Notes: generated by a model not told the origin, from the letters alone. 64,000 nt of DNA from Candidatus Nomurabacteria bacterium (GCA_026396015.1 JAPLXP010000014.1:15944-79943); one strand, 5' to 3'. Positions 1-11,749 are shown, counted from the first letter of the stretch. Program-made: numbers and translations.

Positions 1-651
1 TAGGTTCTTGGCCTCAAGATCACCCTTCTCAATACGCTTTGCAAGATCACGCTCCATAGAAGCCTGAATCAATGGATACTGACCGATTTCTTTTAGATAT
101 ATCTGGATAGAGTCATAGGCACTCGCATCTTTACTGTATTTCAGTGCTGCCTTTTCATTGTCGCCATCCATGTCGAGAAGATTTCCACCTTCTAGTACAT
201 CGATACCAGCGACAGCAAACTTTTCATATAGCTCATCTAGGAACAGGATATTGTTTTCAATATCTGGGAACATTTTTATGATCTCGTCATAAGTAATGAA
301 TCCACGCTTCTTTCCCTTTTCGATCATCTCATTAGACTTTGCATCTAATTCAAGAGCTTTCTTTATCGCTACTGTCTGTTTGGCATTTTTTTCTTTTGGG
401 ACTTTTGGTGCCTTTGGAGCCTTTTCTTTTTTAAGAGGCTTCTTTACCACCTTTTTCTTCTCCACTTTTTTTACAGGCTTCTTTGCGACAATCTTTTTCT
501 TTGGGGCAACTTTTTTAACAGCAACCTTTTTTACTGGCTTCTTTACTACCTTTTTCTTCTCCACTTTTTTTACAGGCTTCTTTGCGACAATCTTTTTTGG
601 AGATGTTTTTTTCATAATTTTATTTACTTTTTTATTTTTCTTTTTGTTCAT
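1..651 (-). CDS. rpoD: RNA polymerase sigma-70 factor RpoD, N-terminal part (gene runs off window start)
   Basis: Minus-strand translation of the first ~90 nt gives EIGQYPLIQASMERDLAKRIEKGDLEAKN, matching sigma-70 region 1.2. ATG at ~651-649. The N-terminus is a K-rich repeat (KKPVKKVEKKKVVKKP...). The antisense 296..658 track ORF is its F/T-rich mirror. Confidence 0.8.
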   Translation of the reverse strand, partial: MNKKKNKKVNKIMKKTSPKKIVAKKPVKKVEKKKVVKKPVKKVAVKKVAPKKKIVAKKPVKKVEKKKVVKKPLKKEKAPKAPKVPKEKNAKQTVAIKKALELDAKSNEMIEKGKKRGFITYDEIIKMFPDIENNILFLDELYEKFAVAGIDVLEGGNLLDMDGDNEKAALKYSKDASAYDSIQIYLKEIGQYPLIQASMERDLAKRIEKGDLEAKNL

Positions 652-669
652 ACATTAAGATAAAAATTA

Positions 670-2418
670 TTATAAGCGACTATTTTTAATATGTTGAATC
701 TTTTGGGTTAATATTTGATATTCTTCTATTAAATCTTTCGGTAGTGAATTATCCGATCTATTCATATTGTCTGATACTACGATCAAACGTTCTTTTAATA
801 GCTCCTCCTCAGTATTTAACAATAATTCTACTATATCCCGAGAAAGTGTATCTATCTTGCCACCATACCACATCTCAGCTTCAAATGAAAGAGATTCTAT
901 ATATGGCGTATGGATATTTTCCAATTCCCCCCAATAGCTTTCTCCAAAAACTTCGTCTATTTTTTCTCTAAATACTTCTATCTGTTTTGATATTTCAATA
1001 TTATTCTTTTGCCAATTCAGTATTCCAAACAGTCTTTTTAGTAATACATCTTTTCTAGAATCAACCACGCTCTTTATCACTTTTACTTTATCTTCTTTTA
1101 CTTCAGAGAAAGTTTTATTTACTTTAAGAAAGTCTTGAAAGTCAGAAAAGATTGCTTGCTGCCCGAGTCCAGTATTACTTGCTATCTCCTGCATATAGGC
1201 ATCAAGTTCGATAGAACTTTTGACCATAGCGAGATATGGAAATACAACTTCACGAATTTTTCTGCCCCGGATTCTCAAATCACCAGTCTCATCACAAATA
1301 CGTCGAACATAAAAAGTAATAATATTTACAGAATTTTTAATTATATTTTTCCAAACTTCACTATCCTTTTTTATTATATCTGCAGGGTCCTCACCTTCTG
1401 GGAGTATTGCTACTTTTACTTGCATATCGAATCCCAATGCTATCATCGCCCCACGTCCACATGCACGAATACCAGCACCATCTCCATCAAAAGCAAAAAT
1501 TATATTCTGAGAGAGTCTGCGTAGTAGGCCAAGGTTATTTATCCGAGCATCATTTGTCTCAGTCGCATCTGCTAGTGCTGTACCTGAAGTAGCTACTGTA
1601 TTGGTAAAGCCTGCTTGATGAGACAGGACCAGGTCTAGCTGCCCTTCTACGATGATACTGTATCCACGAGTACGTATTGCAGTCTTGGCACGGTCGATAC
1701 CAAATAATACATTGGATTTGTTGAACAGTGTGGTATCTGGGCTATTGAGATACTTTGCTTCTTCATCATCTGGACGTCCAAATATTCTCCCTGAAAAAGC
1801 AATCACTCTACCACTACTATCAGATATCGGAAACATAATGCGCCCACGAAAACGATCATAAAAACTATTTTCTTTATTTTTTATCAAACCAATATTTTCA
1901 ATTTCAGTCTTTGTAAACCCTTTTTTCAAAAGATAATCCGATACAGAGCGCCATTCATGAGGAGCAAATCCAATTCTAAAATTCTTGATTGATTCATCAG
2001 ATACTCCACGATTCAACAGATACATCCGAGCCTCAGAATTCTTCAAGAATTCCGCTTGGAAATATTTTGTCGCTTCTTCCATACAGTCATACAGGCGTTC
2101 CTTTTCATCTCTGTCTTCCTTGGAATTTCTAAAATCTTCGAGTGGCACACCAGCGCGGAGAGCTAGCATCTTCAATGCACCCTTAAAATCAGTACCTTCA
2201 AAGTGCTCCACAAAAGAAAAAATGTCACCGCGGGCGCCGCAACCAAAACAATAGTAACTATTACGTTCAGGAGAAATATAGAAAGATGGAGTCTTTTCAT
2301 TATGAAAAGGACATCTAGCTTTAAAATTTTTACCTGAACCCTCCACCGTGATGTACGACGATAGTACATCCACGATGTTTAAGCGTTCTTTTATGGTTGG
2401 GACTACAGAAAGTGACAT
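670..2418 (-). CDS. dnaG: DNA primase
   Basis: CHC2 zinc finger CPFHNEKTPSF...CFGCGARGD and TOPRIM EGQLDLVLSHQAG. Canonical position upstream of rpoD. Confidence 0.92.
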   Translation of the reverse strand: MSLSVVPTIKERLNIVDVLSSYITVEGSGKNFKARCPFHNEKTPSFYISPERNSYYCFGCGARGDIFSFVEHFEGTDFKGALKMLALRAGVPLEDFRNSKEDRDEKERLYDCMEEATKYFQAEFLKNSEARMYLLNRGVSDESIKNFRIGFAPHEWRSVSDYLLKKGFTKTEIENIGLIKNKENSFYDRFRGRIMFPISDSSGRVIAFSGRIFGRPDDEEAKYLNSPDTTLFNKSNVLFGIDRAKTAIRTRGYSIIVEGQLDLVLSHQAGFTNTVATSGTALADATETNDARINNLGLLRRLSQNIIFAFDGDGAGIRACGRGAMIALGFDMQVKVAILPEGEDPADIIKKDSEVWKNIIKNSVNIITFYVRRICDETGDLRIRGRKIREVVFPYLAMVKSSIELDAYMQEIASNTGLGQQAIFSDFQDFLKVNKTFSEVKEDKVKVIKSVVDSRKDVLLKRLFGILNWQKNNIEISKQIEVFREKIDEVFGESYWGELENIHTPYIESLSFEAEMWYGGKIDTLSRDIVELLLNTEEELLKERLIVVSDNMNRSDNSLPKDLIEEYQILTQKIQHIKNSRL

Positions 2419-2441
2419 ATTCCCTAATTATATATTATTTG

Positions 2442-5400
2442 TTAATTTGTTTCTTCTACGATAGATTCTTCGATCACCTCCATTTCCTTTTGGTCTTTTT
2501 GGTGATGAGCGAATCCAGTACCAGCTGGGATCAAGTTACCGATAATAACATTTTCCTTCAAGCCTCGGAGATTATCAACTCCTCCACGGATTGCATTGTT
2601 GATCAATACGCGGTTTGTGTTTTGGAATGAAGCAGCTGACAACCAACTCTTAGTTGTTAGAGATACTTCAGAGATACCTAGGACGATTGTCGTTGCTGTA
2701 GCAGGACGGCCATTTGCAGGTGCTACACGATCATTCTCTTCGATAAGCTCGATTGATTCTACTATCTCACCTGGTGAGAATGTAGTATCTCCAGCATCCT
2801 TTATCTTCTTTCTTGAGAACATTTGACGAATGATTATTTCGATATGCTTACGAGAGATTGATGCACTTTGTAGATCGTAAACTTTGTTGATTTCATTTAC
2901 GATATACTCTTCTGCAGTTTCTTTTCCTCCGTATTTAACTATCTCATTGATATCAGCTGATCCATCAGTAAGTAGATCTCCCTTCTTTATCTTGTCTCCT
3001 GCTCTTACTACTGGCTGACGACGGAATGCAACAGTGTATTCCATTTCATTTGTCTTTGCATCACCCTTTGTGTCAGATAGGACTTTGATAACTTTTTCTT
3101 TTCCATTGTTTGTGATTTCAAGAACTTCACCATCTGTCTGAGAAATAATAGCTGGGTTCTTTGGTAGACGACGCTCGAAGATTTCTTCAACACGAGGCAA
3201 ACCAGTAGTGATGTCGACTGTCGCCACACCTCCAGCGTGGAAAGTACGAAGTGTAAGCTGAGTACCTGGCTCACCGATAGCTTGCGCTGCGATGATACCT
3301 ACAGCCTGACCGATTTCAATCAAACAGTTGCGTCCAAGATCAAGACCGTAACACATACGACATAGTCCATGGACTGTCTCACATGATAGTGGTGTACGAA
3401 CAAAAGCTTCCTTTACTCCTGCCTTATCAATCATCTTTGCATCTTCTTTTGTAACGAGAGTTCCCTTCTTCTTTATGACTTTTCCAAAACCATCCTTAAC
3501 ATCCATAAGTAGAACACGTCCTGATACATACTTTGCAAATACTCCTTCAACAGCATGAATCATTTTTCCATTCTTTGTTCCACAATCCTCTTCAGTGATT
3601 ACGACATCTTGTGCGACGTCTACTAGACGACGTGTTAGATATCCAGCCTTTGCAGTGTTGAGCGCTGTATCGGCAGCACCCTTACGAGAACCGTGAGTAG
3701 TAATGAAGTATTCAAGTGGTGATAGACCTTCGATATATGAAGGAACGATTGGGAAGTCTAGAGTCTCTCCAGAAGTATTCACAATCAAACCGATCATTCC
3801 ACACATCTGTACTAGAGATCCCATATTTCCGCGGGCTCCTGAAGTAATCAGGTCGTATGTAGAACCTGTAATGTCGAGAGTAGCAGGGATTATCTTTTCG
3901 ATTTCCTTCTTTGCATTTTCCCAGATTTGAATAATCTTCTGATATTCTTCATCTTCTGAAAGCAAACCTTCATTGTATTGATCACGAACTGCTAATTCTG
4001 ATGCACGTGCAGTCTTTACGATAGCAGTCTTACCTTCTGGCACAGACACATTGTCTATACCCCAAGTAACACCAGAGTAAGTAGCATATTTGAATCCGAA
4101 AGTTTTTATTTTATCAAGAATTTTTGGAGTACGGTCGATACCATAGTGCATGATCATCTCATCTACGAGTGCTGACATACGCTTGATAGTAATTTCTTCA
4201 TTCAAGTATGGGAAATCATCTGGAAGAATACTGTTGAAGAATAGACGCCCAACTGTAGTCTCGAATGGCTTGCCTTCGAATTTATTGTAACGAGCTTTTT
4301 CACTTCCTAGAACCTTGATCTTTGCACGGAATGTAATAGCACCTAGATCAAAAGCAGTGATAGCTTGGTTTGGACCCGTAAAAATCATTCCTTCACCCTT
4401 TTCACCATCTACAGACTTTGTCATCCAGTAACATCCAAGAACGATATCCATCTTTGGGTTTACGATTGGAGCTCCATCTTGAGGCTTTAGCAAGTTCTTT
4501 GCTGATGACATAAAGTCACGAGCTTCAGCTTGAGCTTCTTCTCCTAGTGGAACATATACAGCCATCTGGTCTCCGTCGAAGTCGGCGTTGAATCCAGCAC
4601 AGACTAGAGGGTGAACCTGGATAGCATTACCTTCGATTAGGATCGGTTTGAAAGCTTGGATACCTAGACGGTGAAGTGTAGGAGCACGGTTTAGAAGCAC
4701 GTGTTTTCCACGGATCACCTCTTCAAGGATTGCCCAAACTTCTGGAATACCTTCTTCTATCAAACGGTTTGCACCACGGATATTGAAAGCTAATTCTGTC
4801 TCAAGAACTTTTGCGATTACGAATGGACGGAACAATTCCAGTGCCATGTGCTTTGGAAGTCCACATTCATCAAGATCTAAGTTTGGACCCACAACGATAA
4901 CAGAACGTCCAGAGTAGTCCACACGCTTTCCGAGCAAGTTTTGACGGAATAGACCTTGTTTTGATTTTAGGTTGTCTGAAAGAGATTTCAATGCACGCTT
5001 TTGAGATGAAGACACAGCTTGCGAATCATTCTGCTTTGCGATTGAGTTGTCGATCAATGCATCTACTGCTTCTTGAAGAATACGCTTTTCGTTTCGGAGG
5101 ATTACATCTGGAGCACCGATTTCCTTCAATTTCTTTAGACGGTTGTTTCTGTTTATAACACGACGATATAGATCGTTTAGATCTGAAGTCGCATGACGTC
5201 CACCATCAAGAGCCACCATAGGGCGGAGTGCTGGAGGAATAACAGGGATAACTGTCATGAACATCCATTCAGGACGGATTCCTGAAAGGATCATTGAACG
5301 GATCAATGATAGACGCTTTTCCAATTTCTCTTTATCTAGAGTTGAAGCTTTTGGAAGCATAGCTTCTGTTTCAGTCTTTAATTTTTCAAGATCAAGATTT

Positions 5401-6068
5401 TTGAAAATTGTGTATATAGCTTCAGCACCGATACTTGCATCAAAACAAGAACCGTACTTTAGACTAAAGTGGTGGTAGGCTATTTCATTTAAAACTTTTC
5501 CTGGAATTATCTCGCCGATCTCTCTCTTTGTATTTGAAAGAAGTTCTTTTAATTTTTCTTTTGTTTCTTCGTCATTTGCACCCTTTATCTTTGATTTGAA
5601 TTCACTATCAAGATTCTTAATAACTTCATCTTTTTCAGATTGGTGAACATTGATGATGATGTATCCAGCAAAGTAAATAACTTTTTCCAAATCAGAAACT
5701 GAAATGTTCAAAAGTGTAGACATACGACTTGGTACTCCACGTAGGAACCAAATGTGTGCCACAGGTGATGCAAGGTCGATGTGACCCATACGATCACGAC
5801 GAACTATAGAGCGAGTAACCTCAACTCCACATTTTTCACAGACGATATCCTTGTAGCGAATACGTCGGTATTTTCCACAGTAACATTCGTAGTCTTTTTC
5901 TGGTCCGAAGATTCTTTCGTCGAATAGTCCAGAGCGCTCTGAGCGGCCTGTACGGTAGTTTATTGTCTCGGGCTTTGTAACTTCTCCATATGACCATTCA
6001 CGAATACGATCAGGGCTAGCGAGGGAGAGTGTGATTGAATCAAAATCTGTTGTATCTATTGTTTTCAT
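2442..6068 (-). CDS. rpoC: DNA-directed RNA polymerase beta-prime subunit
   Basis: 1208 aa with [14 protein letters not shown] catalytic motif. Zn-binding Cys near the N-terminus. Confidence 0.97.
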   Translation of the reverse strand: MKTIDTTDFDSITLSLASPDRIREWSYGEVTKPETINYRTGRSERSGLFDERIFGPEKDYECYCGKYRRIRYKDIVCEKCGVEVTRSIVRRDRMGHIDLASPVAHIWFLRGVPSRMSTLLNISVSDLEKVIYFAGYIIINVHQSEKDEVIKNLDSEFKSKIKGANDEETKEKLKELLSNTKREIGEIIPGKVLNEIAYHHFSLKYGSCFDASIGAEAIYTIFKNLDLEKLKTETEAMLPKASTLDKEKLEKRLSLIRSMILSGIRPEWMFMTVIPVIPPALRPMVALDGGRHATSDLNDLYRRVINRNNRLKKLKEIGAPDVILRNEKRILQEAVDALIDNSIAKQNDSQAVSSSQKRALKSLSDNLKSKQGLFRQNLLGKRVDYSGRSVIVVGPNLDLDECGLPKHMALELFRPFVIAKVLETELAFNIRGANRLIEEGIPEVWAILEEVIRGKHVLLNRAPTLHRLGIQAFKPILIEGNAIQVHPLVCAGFNADFDGDQMAVYVPLGEEAQAEARDFMSSAKNLLKPQDGAPIVNPKMDIVLGCYWMTKSVDGEKGEGMIFTGPNQAITAFDLGAITFRAKIKVLGSEKARYNKFEGKPFETTVGRLFFNSILPDDFPYLNEEITIKRMSALVDEMIMHYGIDRTPKILDKIKTFGFKYATYSGVTWGIDNVSVPEGKTAIVKTARASELAVRDQYNEGLLSEDEEYQKIIQIWENAKKEIEKIIPATLDITGSTYDLITSGARGNMGSLVQMCGMIGLIVNTSGETLDFPIVPSYIEGLSPLEYFITTHGSRKGAADTALNTAKAGYLTRRLVDVAQDVVITEEDCGTKNGKMIHAVEGVFAKYVSGRVLLMDVKDGFGKVIKKKGTLVTKEDAKMIDKAGVKEAFVRTPLSCETVHGLCRMCYGLDLGRNCLIEIGQAVGIIAAQAIGEPGTQLTLRTFHAGGVATVDITTGLPRVEEIFERRLPKNPAIISQTDGEVLEITNNGKEKVIKVLSDTKGDAKTNEMEYTVAFRRQPVVRAGDKIKKGDLLTDGSADINEIVKYGGKETAEEYIVNEINKVYDLQSASISRKHIEIIIRQMFSRKKIKDAGDTTFSPGEIVESIELIEENDRVAPANGRPATATTIVLGISEVSLTTKSWLSAASFQNTNRVLINNAIRGGVDNLRGLKENVIIGNLIPAGTGFAHHQKDQKEMEVIEESIVEETN

Positions 6069-6092
6069 AATTTTAATTTTAATTTTAATCTA

Positions 6093-9000
6093 TTAAAAAT
6101 TCCCCTTACGTAGATCGACGTCCAGTGCTAGTCCACGGAGATATGCTAGTAATACATTGAATGATGCTGGTACATTTGGTTCACCGATTGGCTTGCCTTT
6201 GATAATCGCATCGAATGTCTGTGAACGTCCAACGATATCGTCAGATTTGATAGTGAGCATTTCGCGGAGTGTATAAGCAGCTCCATGACCTTCCAATGCC
6301 CACACCTCCATTTCTCCGAAACGTTGCCCTCCACCTTGAGCTTTACCTCCGAGTGGCTGTTGAGTAATGAGTGAGTACGGACCGATTGAACGCATGTGCA
6401 GCTTGTCTTCCACCATGTGGTGCAGCTTGAGCATGTACATATAACCGATAGCGATATCCTGGTCAAAAGCATCACCTGTACGTCCATCGTAAAGTGTAAC
6501 CTTACCTGATTCTGGCATTCCTGAAGCTACTAGTTCAGCTTTGATTTCTGGAACTGTCGCAGATGTAAATGGTGGAACGATAGCCTGGTATCCGAGTGTG
6601 TGTGCAGCATAACCCAAGTGCATTTCTAGGACCTGTCCTAGGTTCATACGAGATGGAACACCGAGCGGAGTTAGAACAACATCCACAGGAGTACCGTCTG
6701 CCATGAATGGCATTTCTTCCTCTGGCAAGATAACAGAGATGACACCCTTGTTACCGTGACGTCCAGCGAGCTTGTCACCCACTGAGATATTTCTGATTTG
6801 TGCGATTTCCACGATGATACGCTTGATGATACCTGATTCTAGATTGTGACCTTGATCACGTGAGAATATCTTGATACCAACAACACGTCCCTTCTTGCCG
6901 TGTTCAAGACGTAGAGAACTGTCTTTTACATCACGAGCTTTTTCAGTAAAGATAGAACGTAGTAGGCGCTCTTCTGGAGTAAGTTCTGTCTCACCCTTTG
7001 GAGTGATCTTACCTACGAGAATATCGTTTTCACGGATTTCAGCACCGACAGTAATGATACCGTCTTCATCCAAGTCTTTCAATTTATTTTCACCAACGTT
7101 TGGAATATCACGAGTTGTGACCTCGGGTCCGAGTTTTGTATCACGCACGTTACATACGAATTCTGTAACATAAATACTTGTGAATTTACTCTTCTTTACA
7201 AGACGCTCTGATAGGATGATCGCATCTTCGTAGTTTGCACCTCCCCATGACATGAATGCTGTGAGTACGTTCTGACCAAGAGCAATCTGACCACGATCAG
7301 TAGTAGATGTATCTGCTAGAACCATACCTTTTTTCACAGTCTCACCCATAGACACACTTGGTCTCTGGTGGAATGTAGAGAAGTTGTTTGTACGAGAAAA
7401 TGTAACGAGTGGATATGTATGATCTTTGCCTTTGTCATCTGTAACTGTAACTTTCTTTCCATCAACATATGACACCTTACCATTTACCTCTGATACGACT
7501 AGACGTCCAGATGAACGAGCAGCAAGTTCTTCCATACCAGTAGCAACCAACGGTGCTTCTGGAGTTATGCAGGCCATAGCCTGCTTTTGCATGTTACTTC
7601 CCATGAGTGTACGGTGACCGTTATCGTGTTCTAGGAATGGAATCATAGAAGTAGCAATAGAGAATGGCTGGTTTGTAGCCACGTCGATAAAGTCTATTTC
7701 ATCGCGCTTCACTATTCCAGGATTTGTCTTGATACGAGCTTCAACATATTCTTCAGAGATTTTTCCAGCTTCATCGTACTTTACACCAGCATGAGCGATG
7801 TTGTACTTTTCTTCTTCAAGAGCATTCAAATACACCACTTCGGAAGTGATCTTACCTTTGTTTACTTTGATGTATGGAGTCTCGATAATACCGAATTCAT
7901 TGATCTTTGCATAGGTAGACAAGTGCAAGATAAGACCGATGTTTGGACCTTCTGGAGTGTGGATAGGACATACACGACCGTAGTGGGATGTATGCACGTC
8001 ACGAACTTCTAGACCTGCACGCTCGCGAGTAAGACCTCCGGGTCCGAGTGCTGACAGAGTTCTGAGGTGCTCTACTTCGGCCATCACGTTTTCTTGGTTC
8101 ATGAATTGTGAAAGCTGGTTAGCTGTGAAGAATTCCTTGATACGAGCCTGAAGTGGACGCTGGTTTATGATCTGGATTGGCATTGTAGTACCGACGTCTA
8201 TAGTAGACATACGGTCTTGAACATTACGCTTGATCTGAGCCATACCCATGCGAACTTTTTGCTGGAACATTTCTCCGACATAGCGGACACGACGCTGACC
8301 TAGGTGGTCGATATCGTCTGCCTTTGCATGAGGATCAGAATTTAGAGCTGTAATATGAGAGATGATAGTAACTACGTCTTCTGCAGAAATAACACGACGC
8401 TCCATTTCTTTTGCATCCATGTTCTTTTCAAAACGCTTGTTGAAACGGAAACGTCCAACAGGAGAAAGATCATAACGCTCGTTTGAAAGGAGTGTAGTTA
8501 TAAAATCACGAGCATTGTCTGGAGTAGCTAGGTCACCATCACGAAGACGCTTGTATATCTCGATATATGAGTCAGATAGTGTCTTTGCTGGATCCTTTTC
8601 GATACATGCATTGATTACCTTCAATAGGGCCTCATCTTTACTGAAAGCTTTGGTCATAGCTTCATCGGTATGCATTCCTAGGACACGCAAAAGAGACGCA
8701 ATTGAAAACTTGCGCTTTTTATCGATGCGTACATATATAGCACCATCTGGATCTGATTCTATTTCAATCCAAACTCCACGTGCTGGGATTATCTTTGCAC
8801 CAAAATATCTCTTACTCTTCATTTCCTGATCAGTAAAGAAAACTCCGAATGAACGAGTAAGCTGAGGAACGATAACACGCTCTACTCCATTGATAATGAA
8901 AGTACCGTGCTTTGTCATCAACGGCACATCTGCCATGAAGATTTCCTGCTCTTTTGTTGTACCTAGGCTTTTGTTTAGAAGACTAACGCGAGTTTTTAGT

Positions 9001-9263
9001 GGACCCTCGTAAGTCAATTTGTTTATTTTTGTATATTCTTCATCAAACTTTGACTCACCAAGAGTGAATGAAGTGAAATTCAATTGGAACTTTTTGTCAG
9101 AGTAATCGTTGATTGGAGAAAATTCCTTAAAAACTTCTTTCAACCCACTCTCTACTAACCAATTGAATGAGACGATTTGATTCTCAATCAAATTAGGAAA
9201 CTCGACCAACGGTTTTTTGTACCGTGAAAAATACTTTTTCTCTCGTGCTGCTGTTTTTTTCAT
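6093..9263 (-). CDS. rpoB: DNA-directed RNA polymerase beta subunit
   Basis: 1056 aa with conserved beta-subunit blocks (GPGGLTRERAG..., HTSHYGRVCPIHTPEGPNIGL). Confidence 0.97.
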   Translation of the reverse strand: MKKTAAREKKYFSRYKKPLVEFPNLIENQIVSFNWLVESGLKEVFKEFSPINDYSDKKFQLNFTSFTLGESKFDEEYTKINKLTYEGPLKTRVSLLNKSLGTTKEQEIFMADVPLMTKHGTFIINGVERVIVPQLTRSFGVFFTDQEMKSKRYFGAKIIPARGVWIEIESDPDGAIYVRIDKKRKFSIASLLRVLGMHTDEAMTKAFSKDEALLKVINACIEKDPAKTLSDSYIEIYKRLRDGDLATPDNARDFITTLLSNERYDLSPVGRFRFNKRFEKNMDAKEMERRVISAEDVVTIISHITALNSDPHAKADDIDHLGQRRVRYVGEMFQQKVRMGMAQIKRNVQDRMSTIDVGTTMPIQIINQRPLQARIKEFFTANQLSQFMNQENVMAEVEHLRTLSALGPGGLTRERAGLEVRDVHTSHYGRVCPIHTPEGPNIGLILHLSTYAKINEFGIIETPYIKVNKGKITSEVVYLNALEEEKYNIAHAGVKYDEAGKISEEYVEARIKTNPGIVKRDEIDFIDVATNQPFSIATSMIPFLEHDNGHRTLMGSNMQKQAMACITPEAPLVATGMEELAARSSGRLVVSEVNGKVSYVDGKKVTVTDDKGKDHTYPLVTFSRTNNFSTFHQRPSVSMGETVKKGMVLADTSTTDRGQIALGQNVLTAFMSWGGANYEDAIILSERLVKKSKFTSIYVTEFVCNVRDTKLGPEVTTRDIPNVGENKLKDLDEDGIITVGAEIRENDILVGKITPKGETELTPEERLLRSIFTEKARDVKDSSLRLEHGKKGRVVGIKIFSRDQGHNLESGIIKRIIVEIAQIRNISVGDKLAGRHGNKGVISVILPEEEMPFMADGTPVDVVLTPLGVPSRMNLGQVLEMHLGYAAHTLGYQAIVPPFTSATVPEIKAELVASGMPESGKVTLYDGRTGDAFDQDIAIGYMYMLKLHHMVEDKLHMRSIGPYSLITQQPLGGKAQGGGQRFGEMEVWALEGHGAAYTLREMLTIKSDDIVGRSQTFDAIIKGKPIGEPNVPASFNVLLAYLRGLALDVDLRKGNF

Positions 9264-9577
9264 ATTTACAAAAATAAAATTAATAAATAGTTATTTTATC
9301 AATTTTATAAACGAAAAAACACCAAGGTGACCAAACCTTAATGTGTAATACTATTACATTATGCCTTTTGTACTGTTTTGCAAAATAGCTTTAGTAATTG
9401 GGTTAATAAATCGATTAAATCTGTCATAACTCAATCTATTCAATCTGTGCATATCTTATACCAAAATCGCTAAAATGTCAATATTTTGCAACGAATTGCC
9501 TTTTAAGGCAAAAAGGTGTATCATTTTCTTAATTTGGCTTGAACATTGATAATTTTTAAATCTAAAAATACATACAT

Positions 9578-10060
9578 ATGACAAAGTTTAACATACTAAT
9601 CATCATTGTAGTTCCCTGCTGCACAAGTGATTGCGGAGAACATTACAAGATCTCAGGTGAGTTATCTTCAAAAGGAGACAAAACTAAACAAATTAGTTCT
9701 ACTGTAGAAAATAACAAACTAAAGACAAACGAAGTATTCACTCCTACAGATAATGTTTACGCTAAATTTTTAGCGGAAAATATTTACTCGAATTTTACAG
9801 AAATAGAAGAATTATCGGATAAAAATTTTAATCCATACGATGCATCTTATTTAATTTCTGTAAAACTTAATAAAATTATAGAACCCCATTCAAAGAAAAA
9901 CGCTACAATAATAGTAAGTAAAAAAACAGCAGAACAAATACTATTATTAAAAGAATTCATCTCGTTTAATCCCCCATCAAGTGTTCAACCTTATGAAATA
10001 TATGTATTTAATAGGTTTGAAAATTCAATCAAAATGGTAGCACAACAGTCGCTATCTTAA
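9578..10060 (+). CDS. hypothetical small exported protein
   Basis: 160-aa ORF with hydrophobic N-terminus (MTKFNILIIIVVPCC). It lies in the divergent gap between rpoB and trmD. No recognisable domain. Confidence 0.3.
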   Translation: MTKFNILIIIVVPCCTSDCGEHYKISGELSSKGDKTKQISSTVENNKLKTNEVFTPTDNVYAKFLAENIYSNFTEIEELSDKNFNPYDASYLISVKLNKIIEPHSKKNATIIVSKKTAEQILLLKEFISFNPPSSVQPYEIYVFNRFENSIKMVAQQSLS

Positions 10061-10102
10061 AAAAACACGAAACTTGAATAATATTATTATTCAAGTTTCT
10101 TT

Positions 10103-10837
10103 TTATTTTTTACCAAGCTTCCAATTCTCTATTTTTTTATGATCACCGGATAGTAATACAGGTGGAACCTTGTATTTTTTACTTTTTATTTGTCCGTTCT
10201 TAGTAGTAGGAAATTCAAATATCTCTGGTCTTGTATATATCTCACTACTAGAAACTCTGGACTCTTCTCGAGAATCAAAATTGCCCAATACGCCGGGAAT
10301 CTGACGTGCCATACAATCTATTAGTATCATAGCGGGTAGCTCGCCACCTGTGAGGACATAGTCCCCGATCGAAATCTTTTTAGTCTTGAATACCTTGTCT
10401 ACACGAGCATCGATACCCTCATAGCGACCACAGATCATAATCACATCTGTGTACTTCTTTGTAGTCTTGTATGCGAAATCTGTCGTAAACTTTTCTCCTG
10501 ATGGAACAAAATTTATAATAAGAGTTTTTGCTGTTTTTTTCTTCTCTAGTTTTTTGACGATACTATCTATAGCCTTGATTATCGGCTCTGCCATCATGAC
10601 CATACCTGGACCACCACCATATGGGCGCTCATCTATCTGTAGTGATACATTGCCATCTGGCCAAACTTTTCTGTATTTTCCAGAGACAAACTTTCTAGGA
10701 TTCACAAAGTTCACCTTTATCTTCTTTTCCTTTATCGCACGTGCAAGAATAGACTCGCCTAAGTACGAGTCGAACATCTCTGGAAATAAAGTTATTATGT
10801 GAAAATTCATATCGTTACGATACCACAAAATACTCAA
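10103..10837 (-). CDS. trmD: tRNA (guanine37-N1)-methyltransferase
   Basis: HIITLFPEMF..GESIL...YGGGPGMVMM motifs. The real start is probably the internal Met at MNFHIITLF (~10810). Confidence 0.9.
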   Translation of the reverse strand: MSILWYRNDMNFHIITLFPEMFDSYLGESILARAIKEKKIKVNFVNPRKFVSGKYRKVWPDGNVSLQIDERPYGGGPGMVMMAEPIIKAIDSIVKKLEKKKTAKTLIINFVPSGEKFTTDFAYKTTKKYTDVIMICGRYEGIDARVDKVFKTKKISIGDYVLTGGELPAMILIDCMARQIPGVLGNFDSREESRVSSSEIYTRPEIFEFPTTKNGQIKSKKYKVPPVLLSGDHKKIENWKLGKK

Positions 10838-10968
10838 TTTATCAAAACAAAGAAAAAGGCCTCAGATGCGAGGCGCAGTCGAGGATACGAGGGAGATGTA
10901 GTTGTTCTACATTGACCGAAGTACCGGAGACTGCAACAAAGCAGATGAGGCCTTTTTATTTGTTTTAC

Positions 10969-11346
10969 TTAGATTCCTTTTAGATCATCGAGTGCTGCAT
11001 CTACTGATTTTGATGCCTCACTAGCTGACATAGCTTGCGCTGGTGCTGCTGATGCTGGTGCATCTACGCGGCCACCTTCTGGTTCATTGATTTTCAAATT
11101 TACACGTGCGTTATTCTTCATACCGATTACACGTAGTAGTGTACGGATTGCCTTTGCAGTATTACCCTGTCGGCCGATGATCTTACCCATGTCCGCTGGA
11201 TTCACTGTCATAGTAATAAGTACGCCCATCTCGTCTACTGTACGATCAATCTTCACATCGTTTGGATTATCTACTAGTGACTTTACAACATATTCTAGGA
11301 ATGCTTTGTCGTCTGCCATATATCTTTCTTTTATATTTCTAATCAA
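10969..11346 (-). CDS. KH-domain RNA-binding protein (YlqC/KhpA-like) with Ala/Ser-rich C-terminal tail
   Basis: GKIIGRQGNTAKAIRTLL KH core. Positioned between rpsP and trmD as in the rpsP-ylqC-rimM-trmD operon. rimM is absent here. Confidence 0.75.
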   Translation of the reverse strand: MIRNIKERYMADDKAFLEYVVKSLVDNPNDVKIDRTVDEMGVLITMTVNPADMGKIIGRQGNTAKAIRTLLRVIGMKNNARVNLKINEPEGGRVDAPASAAPAQAMSASEASKSVDAALDDLKGI

Positions 11347-11443
11347 TGCAATCGTGCGACGCGACTGCTGTACAATAACTATATCATATTTCTATTTTTG
11401 CACGCAATAAAAAATTCCCCACAACTGTGGAGAATTTTTTATA

Positions 11444-11749
11444 TTAACCTTGTTTGAGTGTCTTGCGTGGTTTTGTTGGAGATTTCTTTGAAAGCACATT
11501 TTTCTTTTTACCTTCGATCAATTTTTGTTTTACCAAGAAATTGTGAACTGTATCTGAAACTTGTGCACCATTACTCATCCAGTGCTTAATGCGGTCTGCC
11601 TTAAACATAACCTCACCACTCTTAACATTGTATGAACCAAGTATTTCCAAAAACTTACCACTTTTTGCTGAATTCTTTGAGTCAGTCAAAAGTACTCGGA
11701 AAGCCGGGTCATTCTTGCGTCCTGTTCTTTGTAGTCTGATTTTTAACAT
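11444..11749 (-). CDS. rpsP: 30S ribosomal protein S16 with basic C-terminal extension
   Basis: MLKIRLQRTGRKNDPAFRVL N-terminus is the S16 signature. Confidence 0.9.
   Translation of the reverse strand: MLKIRLQRTGRKNDPAFRVLLTDSKNSAKSGKFLEILGSYNVKSGEVMFKADRIKHWMSNGAQVSDTVHNFLVKQKLIEGKKKNVLSKKSPTKPRKTLKQG

Noticed and set aside
296-658. 120-aa + strand ORF rich in F/T/G (FFSTFFTGFFATIFF...)
   Set aside because: It is the antisense mirror of the K-rich repeat at the N-terminus of minus-strand rpoD. Low-complexity artefact.
1135-6487. Multiple short + or - strand ORFs nested in dnaG, rpoC, rpoB (e.g. 1135..1524, 3008..3274, 6146..6487)
   Set aside because: Embedded in or antisense to long, well-supported conserved genes.
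10838-10968. Possible tRNA in the trmD-KH gap
   Set aside because: Sequence cannot be folded into a cloverleaf. It is a single long imperfect hairpin.
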